From Azolla caroliniana (taxonomy: Eukaryota > Plantae > Polypodiophyta): 64,000 nucleotides of DNA. Position numbers and translations under genes: made by a program. The stretch is taken from NCBI GenBank assembly GCA_043228905.1, contig JBHGNT010000003.1, positions 19,530,001 through 19,594,000 of the forward strand. Reading direction: 5' to 3'. Shown in pieces: positions 22,558 through 35,971 of the stretch (the stretch's first letter is position 1; every line of letters begins with the position of its first letter). The notes under the pieces are model-generated. The model made no database searches and was not told the DNA's origin. It was given only the letters and a program-made list of their open reading frames with translations.

Positions 22558-25500
22558 GGAAAACAACCAAGTCCGGTTGCAGTAGGAGCCACGCTGGTGG
22601 ACGCTTCCCGTTACTCACCTTCTCCATGCTCCTACAAGTCTGAACCATCATTAGGAGGGTTTTCTTTGCAAGTAAGTCTTTGTTTTGGTTCGACTTCAAT
22701 ACATTCTCATGCCTTGCTCGACTCCGGAGCATCTACTTGCTTTATCGATAAATCGTTTGTATGCGCACATAATATCCCCATCGTCCGCACATCACGACCC
22801 ATATCCGTTGAAGCGATCGACGGTCGGGTTCTCTCATCGGGGGCGGTTACCGAAGCCACTATCCCGTTGGTACTTCAAATCGGGCCACACCAGGAGGAAC
22901 TGACGTTCTACCTCATCACGACCCCCCGACATCCGATTGTGTTGGGGCTATCTTGGTGGGAGACACACAATCCAACGATGGATTGGTGTAGCCGCTCCAT
23001 CACTTTTCCAACAACGCCAATTCCTGCTCGATCACGACACTCTCTTGATTTTGTTGCAGTCGGGTCCGGTTTGGTCGCTACACTGGCCATTGTGTCGGGG
23101 AACATCATCGTTCCTGTCACCAATTTACCCATCCGATATAGCGATTTTTCCAACATCTTCGAAAAGCGGAATGCCAATCGATTACCGGCTAATCGCCCCT
23201 ACGATTGCCCAATAGAACTCCAAGCTGGCGAGCATCCCCCATTCGGTCCTATCTATGGGTTATCCGAACCCGAACTTGAGGCTCTCCGCACATATTTGGC
23301 TGAGAATCTCGAGAAGGGCTTCATTCAACCCTCCAAATCACCGGCCGGGGCACCAATCTTATTTGTCAAAAAGAAGGACGGCTCCTTACGCTTATGTGTC
23401 GATTATCGGGGTCTCAACAAAGTTACGGTACGTAATCGTTACCCCCTACCCTTAATTCCAACGCTGCTCGATCAACTCCGAACGGGGCGTATCTTCTCCA
23501 AAATCGACCTTTGGGCCGCCTACAATTTGGTGCGCATCAAGCCTGGGGACAAGTGGAAAACAGCTTTTCGGACGCACTATGGACATTTCGAGTACAAAGT
23601 GATGCCTTTCGGCCTTACCAACGCTCCAACCGTCTTCCAACACATGATGAACGATATTTTTCGTGAATATCTCGATCATTTCATGGTCATCTACCTTGAC
23701 GACATCCTAGTTTTTTCTTCCAACTAGGAGGAGCACACTCACCACGTCCGGCTGGTTCTCACCAAACTCCGAGAATATGGACTCTTCGCCAAAAGTGAGA
23801 AATGTGAATTCGATTGGACCTCTGTGGAATTCCTGGGTTACATGATCTCACCTACCGGGATCACAATGGATAAACACAAGGTCGCCGCAATCACTGATTG
23901 GCCTCTCCCGACTCGGTTGAAAGAGGTACAATCGTTTCTTGGTTTTGCAAATTTTTATAGACGATTTATAGACAGGTTCTCATCCCTAGTCCAACCTCTC
24001 ATCCAACTTACCCGGAAAGATACTCCATGTCTTTGGACCCCCGCAGCACATAATGCTTTTAATGCCCTCAAAGCAACTTTTCTCTCCGCCCCCCTGTTAG
24101 TCCACCCGGACCCCACCCTCCCTTTCCAGGTTGAAACCGACGCCTCCGACTTTGCCATAGGTGCGGTCTTGTCCCAACCTGATGACGATGGCACCCTACA
24201 TCCGGTCACCTTCTACTCTCGGAAGTTTACAGCCCTGGAAATCAATTATTCGGTCTACGACAAGGAGCTCACAGTTATCATCTCGGCCTTCGTTGAATGG
24301 CAACCCTATCTGGCTGGGGCGCAACATCGTATTCAGGTGGTGACCGACCACAAGAATCTCATCTACTTCACCACCACTCGTATGTTGAATTGGGGGCAGG
24401 CTCATTGGTCATATTTTCTTGCCGACTACGACTTCGAAATCTTGTTTCGACCTGGCGTTCAACATGGGAAAGTGGATGCTCTCTCTTGGTGACCCGATTT
24501 TGCATTGCGCCCAGGCGACGACGGTTATTCTCAGCTATCACATTGTTTATTGCGGCCCGATCAACTCCACATGTTCGCAACCTATCTGTTGCACGATGAT
24601 TCCTTGCTCAATGAGATTGCCCAAGCAACCACGTTAGACCCTTTCGCTACTGACATCATGGTGCGCCTCAACAACCCATCCCAGGAATGGCAAAGCTCGG
24701 ATCTCAGTCACTTTACAACTCATGATGGGCTACTCTATCGTAATCACCTCATTTACGTACCAGATGGCCTGTGTCGCCTCCGAGTTCTACAAACTTGCCA
24801 TGATGATCCTCTTGTTGAACACTTTCGGGTCGCCAAAACGCTGGCATTGCTTTCTCAAGGGTTTTGGTGGCCTCAACCTTGGAAATTGGTCAAAGGATTT
24901 ATCAAATCTTGTGACATCTGTGCTTGCTCCAAAGCGGCTCACCATCGTCCATATGGCCTTCTACACCCACTTCCAATCCCCAGTCGACCTTGGGCATCTC
25001 TCTCCATGGACTTTATCATCGACCTTCCTCGAGTCGGTGACCATGACACGGTGTTAGTGGTCATCGATCGGTTTTCGAAGATGGCTCACTTTGTCCCATG
25101 TTCGAAAACCATTTCGGGGGAGGAGACAACTGCCCTTTTTCTGAAAAATGTCGTCCGCTTACACGGTTTGCCTGAGGATGTCACTTCTGATGGAGGTCCT
25201 CAATTTATCTCCCACTTTTGGCGCCGACTGCTACAGACATTCGGGACTTTTGTGAACTTCTCAACCGCACAACACCCTCAAACTGATGGCCAAACCGAAA
25301 GAGTCAACCTAATCCTCGAACAATACCTCTGTTGTTCAGTTAGCTACCAACAAGATGATTGGGTGGACCTCCTTGCCATGGCGGAATTTGCCTACAATAA
25401 CAGTATCCATGCCTCAACGAAAGTTTCCCCATTCTTTGCAAATTATGGTTTCCACCCTCGTTTTAGCATTTCCATTCCGGAAATATCCATCAATCCGTCA

Positions 25501-26075
25501 GTCGAGAAGCGTGCCCACACCTTACAAGATGTCCACTGTGACCTCTCCCTCGAGCTCTGTGCCACTAGCAAACAGTATAAAGCTCACGCTGACCGACATC
25601 GCTTAGTTGCACCGACCTTCGTAGTTGGTGACATGGTTTGGTTACTACATCGGAATATTGCAACCACTCGTCCCTGCGCGAAGCTCGACTACAAAAAACT
25701 AGGCCCTTTCTGTATCCTTGAGCGCGTTAACCCAGTCGTGTTCCGGTTAGCACTTCCCCCCACATTTCGGCTTCACAATGTTTTCCACGTCTCTCTCCTC
25801 AAACCCTATCATCCTTCTCGCATTCCGGGACGCCAACCTCCTCCGCCGCCACCCGTGGAATTATCGACAGGTGAGGAGTATGAGGTTGACCTGATCCTCA
25901 ACTCTCGCTTGCGTCGATGACGACTTCAATAGTTGGTCTTCTGGAAAGGTTACCCTCTTTCGGATGCCACATGGAAACCAATTACACACTTACAAAATGC
26001 ACCGGAGGCAATTCGCGCTTTTCTCCAACAATACCCCCATAAACTGGCCGCGGGTGTAAGGAGGCGACCTTAGAG
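22558..26075 (+). pseudogene. pol of chromovirus C (PR-RT-RH-INT-chromodomain)
   Basis: ORFs 22462-23727, 23824-24492 and 24505-25920 are in one frame with nonsense codons, in the -1 frame relative to gag 22310-22585. Confidence 0.93.
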
Positions 26076-29000
26076 GGAGGATAATGTCATAGACATATGC
26101 CACAGAGAAAGGTAGGGATTGAACCCAAGACCATGAGTTGGGCAAACCCTACCACTTGAGCTACATATACATCCTTATATTTAATTCAACTTCATATATG
26201 TAGATTGAACATTGGAAGTTCCTAGCTTACATACATTCTCATTCTCTAGCTTGCATGCATCCTCATGCACTCTATTTCTAGCTGGCTTACATAGCCCTAC
26301 CCTCTTGTATAAATACTCATGTGCACCTTGATTCTAATCAAGGTGTACAACACAAGTTACGGATTCTATAAGTTGAGTTCTTGTTCTTTTCCTCTCTCTT
26401 GTTCTCTAGTCTTATCTTTGTTCTACTCTATTATACTTGTCCATGACAGAACCTCTATTAAAATGAGCCACCATGTGTGGCCCATTTGCACCTTTACTGG
26501 CCATGTCATACTCATAGATGTCTATGATGTCTTCATTGTTGAGTTGACCAATCTTCTTAATAATCAACTATACAATAAGTGTCAATTTGCTTTCCAATCG
26601 GTTAGCCACACTTTGTTCTTATATCATTCGACTCATCATAGTCATCATGAAGTTGACCATGTCCACATTGAAATTGCTTAGCCATTTCTTCTATGGGAGA
26701 CCCCCCTAGTCGATACGTCCACATCGGGTTCACCAAATTTTGTCGTAGAATTCATGATTGGTGTGTGAAACTATCAGACTTATGAATGAGGAGAGTTCAT
26801 AAGGAAAAGGGAGATAGACAAGCACATATAACAGATGGAGATAGTGTAGGATTCAAGAAGCAAGTAACATATGATAAAAATATGCTCAATTAAAAATTGT
26901 GTAGGAATGCGAGATTTTATTTAGCAAAGTTGCAATATTCCACCATAACGATGCACATTTCTCTATTAAACTTTGGCTCAAACCCTTGACTTCGATCTTG
27001 AGACATGAGAAACCTTCCCAATAAGTTGGCTTTATCTCTTGATTATTAACGAATGTATTTTTCTTGATATCTGTACATATTTTAATTCCCTCTCCTTAAA
27101 TAGTTATTTGAATAAGAATGCATGTGATGTGTGCATGCATGTGTGTGAGTGTGTATGTCATGTGTGATTGCCACTTAGCACACATGTGTTACGTATGATG
27201 GATGGCAACCATGTTGCTCATCCGTGTCACCATGTAAGTAATATTGCATAAGTCATAATTACAATGAGGAGAATATAAACTTGTGGAAGGCCTTATCCTA
27301 ATAGTTCACACTTGATGGTTGATATGTGAGGTTATGGGTTTGAACCTCACACACAACACTTTCAATACTACTTAAATCCGTTTTCATATCGTGAAACAAT
27401 TGCTTCTCAACAACATTTGAAAGATGTCATCCTTAAGGTAGGATATCAATCATTTTATATTCATGTTGGTATTTACATAAAAGATATTTTGGTCTCTCAT
27501 GTGATTCTTAGTATGATGCCTAAAGCCAAGTCAAGGGTAAGAAAGAAAATGTCAAAGTTGTATTTACAAAATGAAGATATGCTAGAATATGTATACAGAC
27601 TACATATGAATGAGGGAGTGATTCTTACTAAAACATCATATTATACATGCATTGATAATGAAGATAATGAAGAACGGGACGTGCAAATATTGATTTTCCA
27701 TTAAGCTCATTGGTCAATTTTCAGAAAATACTCTTTGATATTGAAAAATGGCTTTCAAGTATGTATTATTACTCTTAGATATTGAAAGAAGAAAGGCATA
27801 TTTGTAATATGATTTCTAAAACCTAATCAGATAGACATTATTTACTTATAGTGTCACAAACTTGGACAACCTCCCTACGAAGTAAACATCCAAAATGGGT
27901 AGCGAGTAGGCCTAACATATACCTTGATTCACCAACCCCATGGGAAAATCTTCATGTGCAAATTGCAGAGAACACCTACATCATTGAACACGAGCATTAG
28001 AAAGACTCAAATGTTACACATGTTACGAACATTGTCAAAAAAATATTGACAAGGGTTTCGAGAAAATATAAGGATAACTCTCAACCCCTCCCTAGTAAGT
28101 ATATTGGAAGTGTTGGACATAGACATCAAAACATAATTAGTAGCTCAATTTCTATGGTACCAAAAGGAAGAAACATTCACCACTTCTCAACAAGATTGCA
28201 AATAACGAGTTCAATATTTAAATTTTGTTTAAAAACCAACATTCTTTATCGTTGTTGTGTGACAATATAGAAATGACGCCTATAGCAACGGGCATAACAA
28301 GGAGAAAAAATGTCACTATGCCCCTATTTCTATAATAGTGAGAATATGCCATAAATTACCACATCTTGTTCGGAATGTTGGATGTAACCTACAAAAGAAT
28401 CACAAGAACAAAATTTTGTCATCTAATTGGGTAGTAATTGACATCAAAAAATGGTTCAAAAGTTGGGTGTGGCTCTGAGAGCTTTCAAGTGATGTTATGT
28501 AGGTTAATGGAACCATTCAAGAAGTAGGAAAATGTTGAAAAGACAAAATTAGAATATTAAATTGTAGGCATCAATATAATGTAAAAATGGCTATTGATCC
28601 TATTCAACCTTATTTCATTACTTACATGATTAGTGTTAACCCTCGTAGATCCCTCACAATCCTTTTGACTCATTCACATAAACTAGGTATTAAAGTTGCA
28701 TTATGGCATCAAAATGCATTGAATATAATGGCATGTAAGGTACACAAGGAAGGGCTAGTAGCTGAGGATGAATATCACTTGCTTTTACAAGCTCAACATA
28801 TATTGTGAAAACTATGATGACATATCAAGAGGGCATGATTTCTTGAGTGTCACAATAAAGAGAACACTGACAAGGTTGGGCACTTCTAAGTATGTAACTT
28901 GTGCTTCAAAGCATAAATATTCCTTTTGAGGAAGGAAACACACATCAAGAAATCTATATAGTCAAGTTCCCACGGGTCAATATCTTTGAGGACACTAAAA

Positions 29001-30029
29001 AAACTCGATCTCTCAATATATAAACCATTCATAGTAGAATAACTCTTACCCTCAATTGTTTCTCAATATCTCATGTTACATCTAAAACTACACCATGGCA
29101 GATTCTTAGTTTAGGTTGGGTAATGTGCCTCACAAAGATGTGGACAAAGAGGAGGATGCTCCTTCAATTAAGACGACATAACTCTTAACCTATATTCTAC
29201 ATGGAATCTCTACCCATATGATATTATTATACAATTTAAACTTAACTTCGATGTAAATAATATGCTTGTTTTCAATAAAGTAAAATTAACATGTGAATTA
29301 TGAGTTGTATTTGATAAGTGATATTTTAATGCTTAAACTATTTACTTTTGTGACTAATCATTGATTGAATATTGGAGCAATCACATGAACATGGGGTAAA
29401 GGGGGCCCAAACACTAAGACATTACATGTAAAGCAATTTGATGCATTGCTTCTTTTTTCATATAACAATTGGAATATAAAAGAACCAACTCCGTTGTTAA
29501 GGAAGAAGCTATGTATGTTATACTATGTATGAAAAAAATCTTGAGAGTCACAAATCTTTTTTGGATTTCAACTTTTTTAACTTATTGAAGTTCGTTAGGC
29601 CCTAAAATAAACCATCGTCAAGGTTACCTTCGTAAAACAATGGAACGGCTCTTAGTGAGGGATTATTAGAAACAAACACAATGAAACTACCTTACCATAT
29701 TTGAATTCATCACTATCATCATCCCATATATTCCGGGGTTAATTTCACCATCTCCTTAAGAAAACAAAATCTATGATATGATGTGGCACATACAATGGAA
29801 TGAAAACAAGATAACGTCAAGTCCCATAATAGGTATTGTATCTAGACAATGTAGTTAAAGATGATACAGAGAATGAACGAATGCATAAAGGATAAGAATA
29901 GTGATGGCTTGAACAATAGAATGAGTAACTTGCACTAAGAATGAAGGAATAAGGATAAGATTAGCTTAAAGAATACAAATTCCTTTAGGGTTATATACTT
30001 GCTAAAGATTATCGAAGGGAAAAAGGAAG

Positions 30030-30990
30030 AAGTTACAATGTGTAAAGTTAACCATTACTACCTTAATGGTAGAAAATAGTTTGGAGTTCGATACTTGTTG
30101 AAGATGATTGGGGGGAAAAAGGATGAAGTTGTAGAGGGTAGAGCTAACCATTACTAACCATGTAAGGTTAAGAGTTCAATACTCACTAAAGATGAATGTG
30201 TTGTCAACTTCAATGAATGTGTTGTTTTTTTGTATTTATTGTTAGATATTTCATCTCATCATAACATGTATCATAGGTGCCTTGCTCGTTTATGTTTGTG
30301 CATTTATAGGTTAGATTTAACCACCACTAAGTTAAATGAATGTGTTATTTTTTTGTATAAGTTTTCAACTTATTTATTGTTAGATATCTCATCTCATTAT
30401 ATCGTGTATCCTTAGGTGCCTTGCTCGTTTGTGTTTGTGCATGATAGGTTAGATTTAAACATTAAAATCTTAAGTATACAAAATGGTTAAGGGTTTGATT
30501 ATTGTTAAAGATGATTGGATGAAGAAAGGAAGAAGTTGCAAGGAGTAGAGCTAACCATTGCGAGCAAAGGGGTTAAGGGATCAATACTCGCTAAAGATGA
30601 TTGTTGGAAAAAATTATGAAGTTACAATGCAAATACAATAGCATCCAAGAAGGAAAACAATTGTGTGTGTGAGTTAATGATGAGAGAGAGAGCTCATTGC
30701 CAAGTTCAATGAATGTGTTATTTATTTCTACATAGTTATTCAACTTATTTAGTGTTAGATATCTCATCTCATTATATCGTGCTTCCTTATGTGTCTTGCT
30801 TGTTTATGTTTGTGCATGCATATATAATGTGTGCATAGCTTTTTGGAAAAAACATGTTAAAATAGTTATGAAGTAATAGAGCAATGAATGTACAACCTAC
30901 AAAGCAATGAGCCATTTAACGAAACTTCCATCTCATTAGATCGTGCATTCCTTTGTGTCTTGCTTGTGTATGTTGTGCAAGCATAGGTTT
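30030..30990. repeat. Degenerate interleaved direct repeats
   Basis: TTAGATATCTCATCTCATTATATCGTG...CTTGCTCGTTTATGTTTGTGCAT occurs 3-4 times and GAGCTAACCATT...GGTTAAGAGTTCAATACTC...AAAGATGATTG 3-4 times. Confidence 0.6.
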
Positions 30991-32044
30991 TTAAAGACCT
31001 ATTTAAAATGCTCTAAAACCTTAAACATATTAAAATAGGTAAATTTCCCATGTTTGTAAGCTTATTACCATTATTTTTCAAGAGAGAAACATGAAATAAA
31101 TTGTTTGGAGAATCCTAATTTGAGAAAACTTGTTCATAAAGCCTAAATTTAAAAAGTTGTCTAATAAAAATGGAAAAGTGTAGCATTGTGAACATGTGAG
31201 ATGTGGAACTTGCACACTCAATTATTGGTAAGAAGCATTTGTGTGTTGGGGATGTACATCCACAAGGACAACTAGCAATTTCTTATTTTATTTATGTTGA
31301 TGTCATGCAATACGTCGCATTGGCAAAATGTGATTGGTTCTTTAATATCACATGACATAGATAATATACATATCATTTTTCTCAATTCCCCAACCCTTTA
31401 GGCCATTAAGTTTGAAACTCAACGTCAATTTCCAAGGTTGGAATTCAGAATACTAACTGAATTCTCTAACGATTCCCCCTTGATCAAATTTGAATTTAGT
31501 GTGTTCTTGTTATGATAGCATTGCTTTTAATCCCATAGAGGAAAGAAGAGAATGGATTGTTGCCGATCAATCCACACCCTTGTTATGATTAGTGTACAAT
31601 GCAACACTCTACTAGAGTTATGAGAGAGATAAAAAAGGCACACTCCCTATAATATCTTATGACTAGAGGAGCTAGACATTTGTGGTTATGTAGTTGTTCC
31701 TTGTAACATCACATGATTAGACTCATTAGGAGATAGTCATTGAGGACATTATCAATAATATATCATATGACGAGAATTGTTAGAACATACTTACCTAATA
31801 CATATATATCCTTTATATAATAGTAGGTAAGTAGAGTTATTAGAAAGTAATGATGCAACAATGTCACTCCCCATTATAATATCATACTTGACTAGAGTTT
31901 TTATAAGAATGTGGTCACGCGGCGATCACACATTGCTCCCTGTAATATTGGATGAGAGAGTTGTACGAAAGTGGTAAAGACATGACAATGTTCTCCATGA
32001 TGTTCCGTGTTGCGATGGGTCAGATCGACACGAGTTTTGGGTCC

Positions 32045-32046
<2 letters not shown>

Positions 32047-32100
<54 letters not shown>

Positions 32101-32107
32101 TGTGTGT
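32047..32107. repeat. (GT)n microsatellite upstream of the bHLH gene
   Basis: About 25 GT units, directly visible. Confidence 0.95.
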
Positions 32108-32227
32108 CTTTGTCTAAACAAGTTACATTAAACATGAGAAAATAATAATGTCATACAAATTGATATGGAGCAGGCCTATGAAGAGGGTGTATTTCAATTT
32201 TCATAGTATGTATAACTTTTTGGTTCT

Positions 32228-32250
32228 TGCATGCAAAGCACGTGCACGTG
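32228..32250 (+). promoter_or_regulatory. RY motif plus tandem G-boxes upstream of the bHLH gene
   Basis: GCATGCA at ~32229, then CACGTGCACGTG (32239-32250), ~310 bp before the ATG. TATAAA at 32461. Confidence 0.4.
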
Positions 32251-32560
32251 AAGGTGGCAAGAAAAACATGCTATAATTAATCTAGTATTGCACGAGCCTC
32301 TCATAAAGTACAAATTTCCATCATAAATTTATGTATTGCCTTCATCACAAAAATAATATATTCATAATAATAATAATAATAATAATAATGGGTGTATTCC
32401 CCCCCCCCTCCCCCTATTTAATGTCATATTTTTGGCAATATTTTTCTCCTTATCCATTCATATAAACTGATTTTTCATCATCATAATTATCACTACTAAC
32501 CATCATCATCATTGCAAGAATTTATCACTAACCATTATTATTGTTATTATAATTAATCTC

Positions 32561-35500
32561 ATGGCTATCAATCCAAACCTCTTTCATCAATTTGCTGGCG
32601 ATGATGATGATGATCATCATCGTGGTACCGATCCCGACACATCCCATATCATTGCCGATGATGAGAACTTGTGGAACTCCATGCATTGCCAGGAGTATCA
32701 TAGCGATGCTGATCCAGTAATTCATAATGCCCCGACGGAGGAGCATATTATTCGTGATGACACCCTAGATTCCGAGGAGGATCATATTATTCGATCCTCG
32801 GAATTACATCGTGATGAAACCCTAGATTCCGAGGAGGAGGATCATATTATTCGATCCTCGGAATTACATCGTGATGAAACCCTAGATTCCGAGGAGGAGG
32901 ATCATATTATTCGATCCTCGGAATTATATCCTCAACATGGTCCGAGCAATATTCTGATCCAAGTAGCCGACACCTTAAATTCCCCGATCGACTCAGCTGG
33001 ATCTCAACCCCGGGAAATTGCCCTAAAACTGGATTCACATAATCATTCTTCTCATATGGGGGCTAGTGATTGCCAGAATCGTCTCCAAGAAACTGCACCT
33101 TTTCATTGGAATATAAAATCCTCGGAATCTAGTCTAAAACGCCGGCATCGAGAAATTACCGTAGATTTCGATCTTATTCAACCCTCGCTGGAATCTAGCA
33201 GAGGACGTCCTCGACAGCACCGAGGGCATACCGTGGAATATTCCGGCGGCGGAGGCGGAGATTCCAGCTCGAGGGAATCTTTGGGCAGCCTGGATAACAA
33301 TTTCAGCAGGCGGATGATTTCCTCCTATAGAACAATATCAATGCTCAAAGACATCATTGATGGATCACATCATGATCAGCATAAACTTCTCCCTTTGAGG
33401 AAAGAATCTGTTGTGTTGCTCGAAGAGGCGAGTAAGGCTGTAGCCATGATCACTAGTAATGCTAATTACTTGCAGCATGAACTTAAATGTTACCCAAAGA
33501 GGAAAGCTATGAGACATTGCAAGAAGAAGAGCTATATTATTAAGCCCATGCATAAAAAACATAGTGAACATTATTGGATGATGATGAATATGGCATCTCT
33601 TTACAAGCAATTGGAATCATTGAGGAAACAATTACCGCCTCAAGCTATAAAGGTATACATTTGATTAATCAAGTAAAAGTGTGTTTTGATTGACCAAAAT
33701 GAAAATGTATGTATTGATTGGTCAATTAAAAGTGTATATCTATCAATTAATCAATTAAAAGTGTGTGTATTGATTGATTAATTAAAAGTGTATAATGTAT
33801 TTATTGATCAATTAAATATATACCGGTTGAGTGTTGTTTGATCTTCTTATACAATTCTATTTGATTTGAGTACTGTTTGATATTCTTACACAAGTCTATT
33901 TGATTGAATATCTTCTCATACAATTATATTTGTTAGGATCATGGAAGACATAACATCTTGTGTTAATCCTAAAGATAATATTAATGTAAGAGCAAACTTA
34001 AGTAATACACATTAATACACACACACGCACATGATACTCATACAACACATGCATACATAGTACTAAATATTGGCACATGGACCAAACTTGTATACATATA
34101 TGCATTGTCACAATTGGTTTTCAAAATTTTATCATTGAATGTTGGTTGGTGGTGCAGGTAACAACTGAAATATCTCCCCTTCCTCGTGAATGTATAATCA
34201 CAAACACATTGGATTACCTAGAGGTCCTAGGAAGAGATGTCCGAGTATTGAAGGAGAGGATCAACCAAATCAATCAAAGTGTTGCTTCCATGGTGAAACC
34301 ATCTAATCTTTCCAAAAACTTAGAGGTATTTTGGTAGATACCTACCTATTAAAGTAAGGATGTTTTTAATGTTTTTCTCTCATTTATATAATGTGTCTTG
34401 TTGGCATGGGTAGCAAATCTTTGGTTCTACATGTCCATACTATAAACACAAACATGTTATGTGTTTCTTGTTGGCATGGGATATGTAATGCCACACATGA
34501 CATCCACCTACATGTTCACCCAAACACATTAGGTGTTTCTTTAGTGCTTCATTATGTATTGAACTCCATTCTTCATGGAACTAAGCAAAGACTATAACCA
34601 TTATACTTATTATTAACTATGAACATGTGTAATTAGGAAGTTAGAAAAATATATTTAATGATCTAGTTCATGATTTTTAACAGGTGCGTGTAACGTTCAC
34701 GTCATGTGGAGAGCTTCAATTACGTGTAACTTGTGCCAAGAGGCAAGGTTTAATCGGAGATTTGATACTTGCTTTGGAGACTCTAGGCGTAGTCTTTGAT
34801 TATGCAAACATAGCATCCCATGACTCCGTCATTACTTTAGAAGCACTCATTACCAAGGTATGTGTGCATATAAATTCTCCCCACTATTGAAAGTTTAATC
34901 ATTATAATTTGTGTCTTCATAAATTATAAGTAATCTATAGTGAATGGGTTTAATATCTTTATTACATATAGACAACACGTACAACTAAGGTATGGACTCA
35001 TGTCCCAAGTTTGTAAATATATGAGCCCAGTATATAGCTCATGTCACAAGTTTGTAAATATATGAGCCAATTATATAGGTAATGTCACGAGTTTGTAAAT
35101 ATATGAGCCTAGTATATAAGTTCACACTGTGGATGACACAATATATCCTGTAAATGATACACTTCCAATATGTCTCCTTCTATGGATGTCACCCTCTTTA
35201 GCTTTCAAAGTTATCCCAATATTTTTCATTGCTATTAATAGACAACGCATTATCTCTTAGGGAAGATTTTTTTATTGGCCCTGTTTGTCTTTACGTGTTT
35301 TCATAATCTAGATAAAATCAACCATACAAAGTCTCTCTTTTTGTAAAGCTAGGGTAGAACACCCTTTTTTTAATGCATTATACTACTTGTGTAAAACTTT
35401 GAGATCTAGACTTGGGAACATAAAACAAATGGATACGTTGTAGTTGGATCCTTGGGGTATCATAAACTTGATAAACTAAATACATACAATGAAAAGAGAA

Positions 35501-35971
35501 TTGTCATGTCTATGCATGTTATGATGCAGCATACAACTTGAAATATGATACTAATGAGCTTTCTAGTCAAGTTAATTGCGAGATAGATGATAAGATCTAC
35601 GTCATATTCTCCTTATCATTAGACCATCACCAATATATTTATCCTCCAATTTCAAGTCTTTCTGGCCATTTAATTTGTTGGCTCTATATTAAGTGAATAG
35701 TTGGGTACTTGACAAGATGGTTAAAAAGTTAATTGTTGGATTGATGATAAGATGTATTTGCAACAATTGTACTCCCCACTCTCTCCCATGCTAAAAAGAT
35801 GCTCTTGAAAATGACTTCCTTGTCATAATCATTTCTTGAACAACTTTCATTGAAATTCTAACTATTTTTTCACATTTTCCTTTTGTATGTTTATTTCAGG
35901 ATAGTGCAGATATTATTGATGAGGAAACAATTCGAGAAGCAATATTAACAACAATTCATAGCGTTGGATAG
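32561..35971 (+). CDS. Atypical bHLH protein with C-terminal ACT-like domain, ~501 aa; exons 32561-33652, 34158-34325, 34684-34857, 35900-35971
   Basis: All introns are GT-AG and phase 0, and the spliced frame is open to TAG. Helix 1 LYKQLESLRKQLP; helix 2 RECIITNTLDYLEVL followed by a zipper. ACT-like VRVTF...LRVTCAKRQGLIGDLILALETLG...ANI, typical of plant bHLH C-termini. Confidence 0.85.
32737..32926 (+). repeat. Coding 60-bp tandem repeat (EEEDHIIRSSELHRDETLDS)
   Basis: About 3 near-identical in-frame copies in exon 1. Confidence 0.92.
34995..35120. repeat. ~40-bp tandem repeat x3 in intron 3
   Basis: ATGTCACAAGTTTGTAAATATATGAGCC...TATATAG occurs three times. Confidence 0.85.

Larger units (their letters stand above)
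15646..26448 (+). mobile_element. Full-length Tcn1-like chromovirus C (decayed), interrupted by copia B1
   Basis: LTRs 15646-16085 and 26085-26448; TSD GAACC/GAACC. Gag from 16114 with CLYC...H...C knuckle; protease LLDSGA; RT YLDDIL; RNase H; integrase; chromodomain EEYEVDLIL. PPT AGAGGGAGGATAA. Confidence 0.97.

Noticed and set aside
26800-32000. Short ORFs and scattered B-box-like motifs (~27335, 30170) as genes or SINEs
   Set aside because: AT-rich intergenic DNA; no boundaries, TSDs or domains can be supported.
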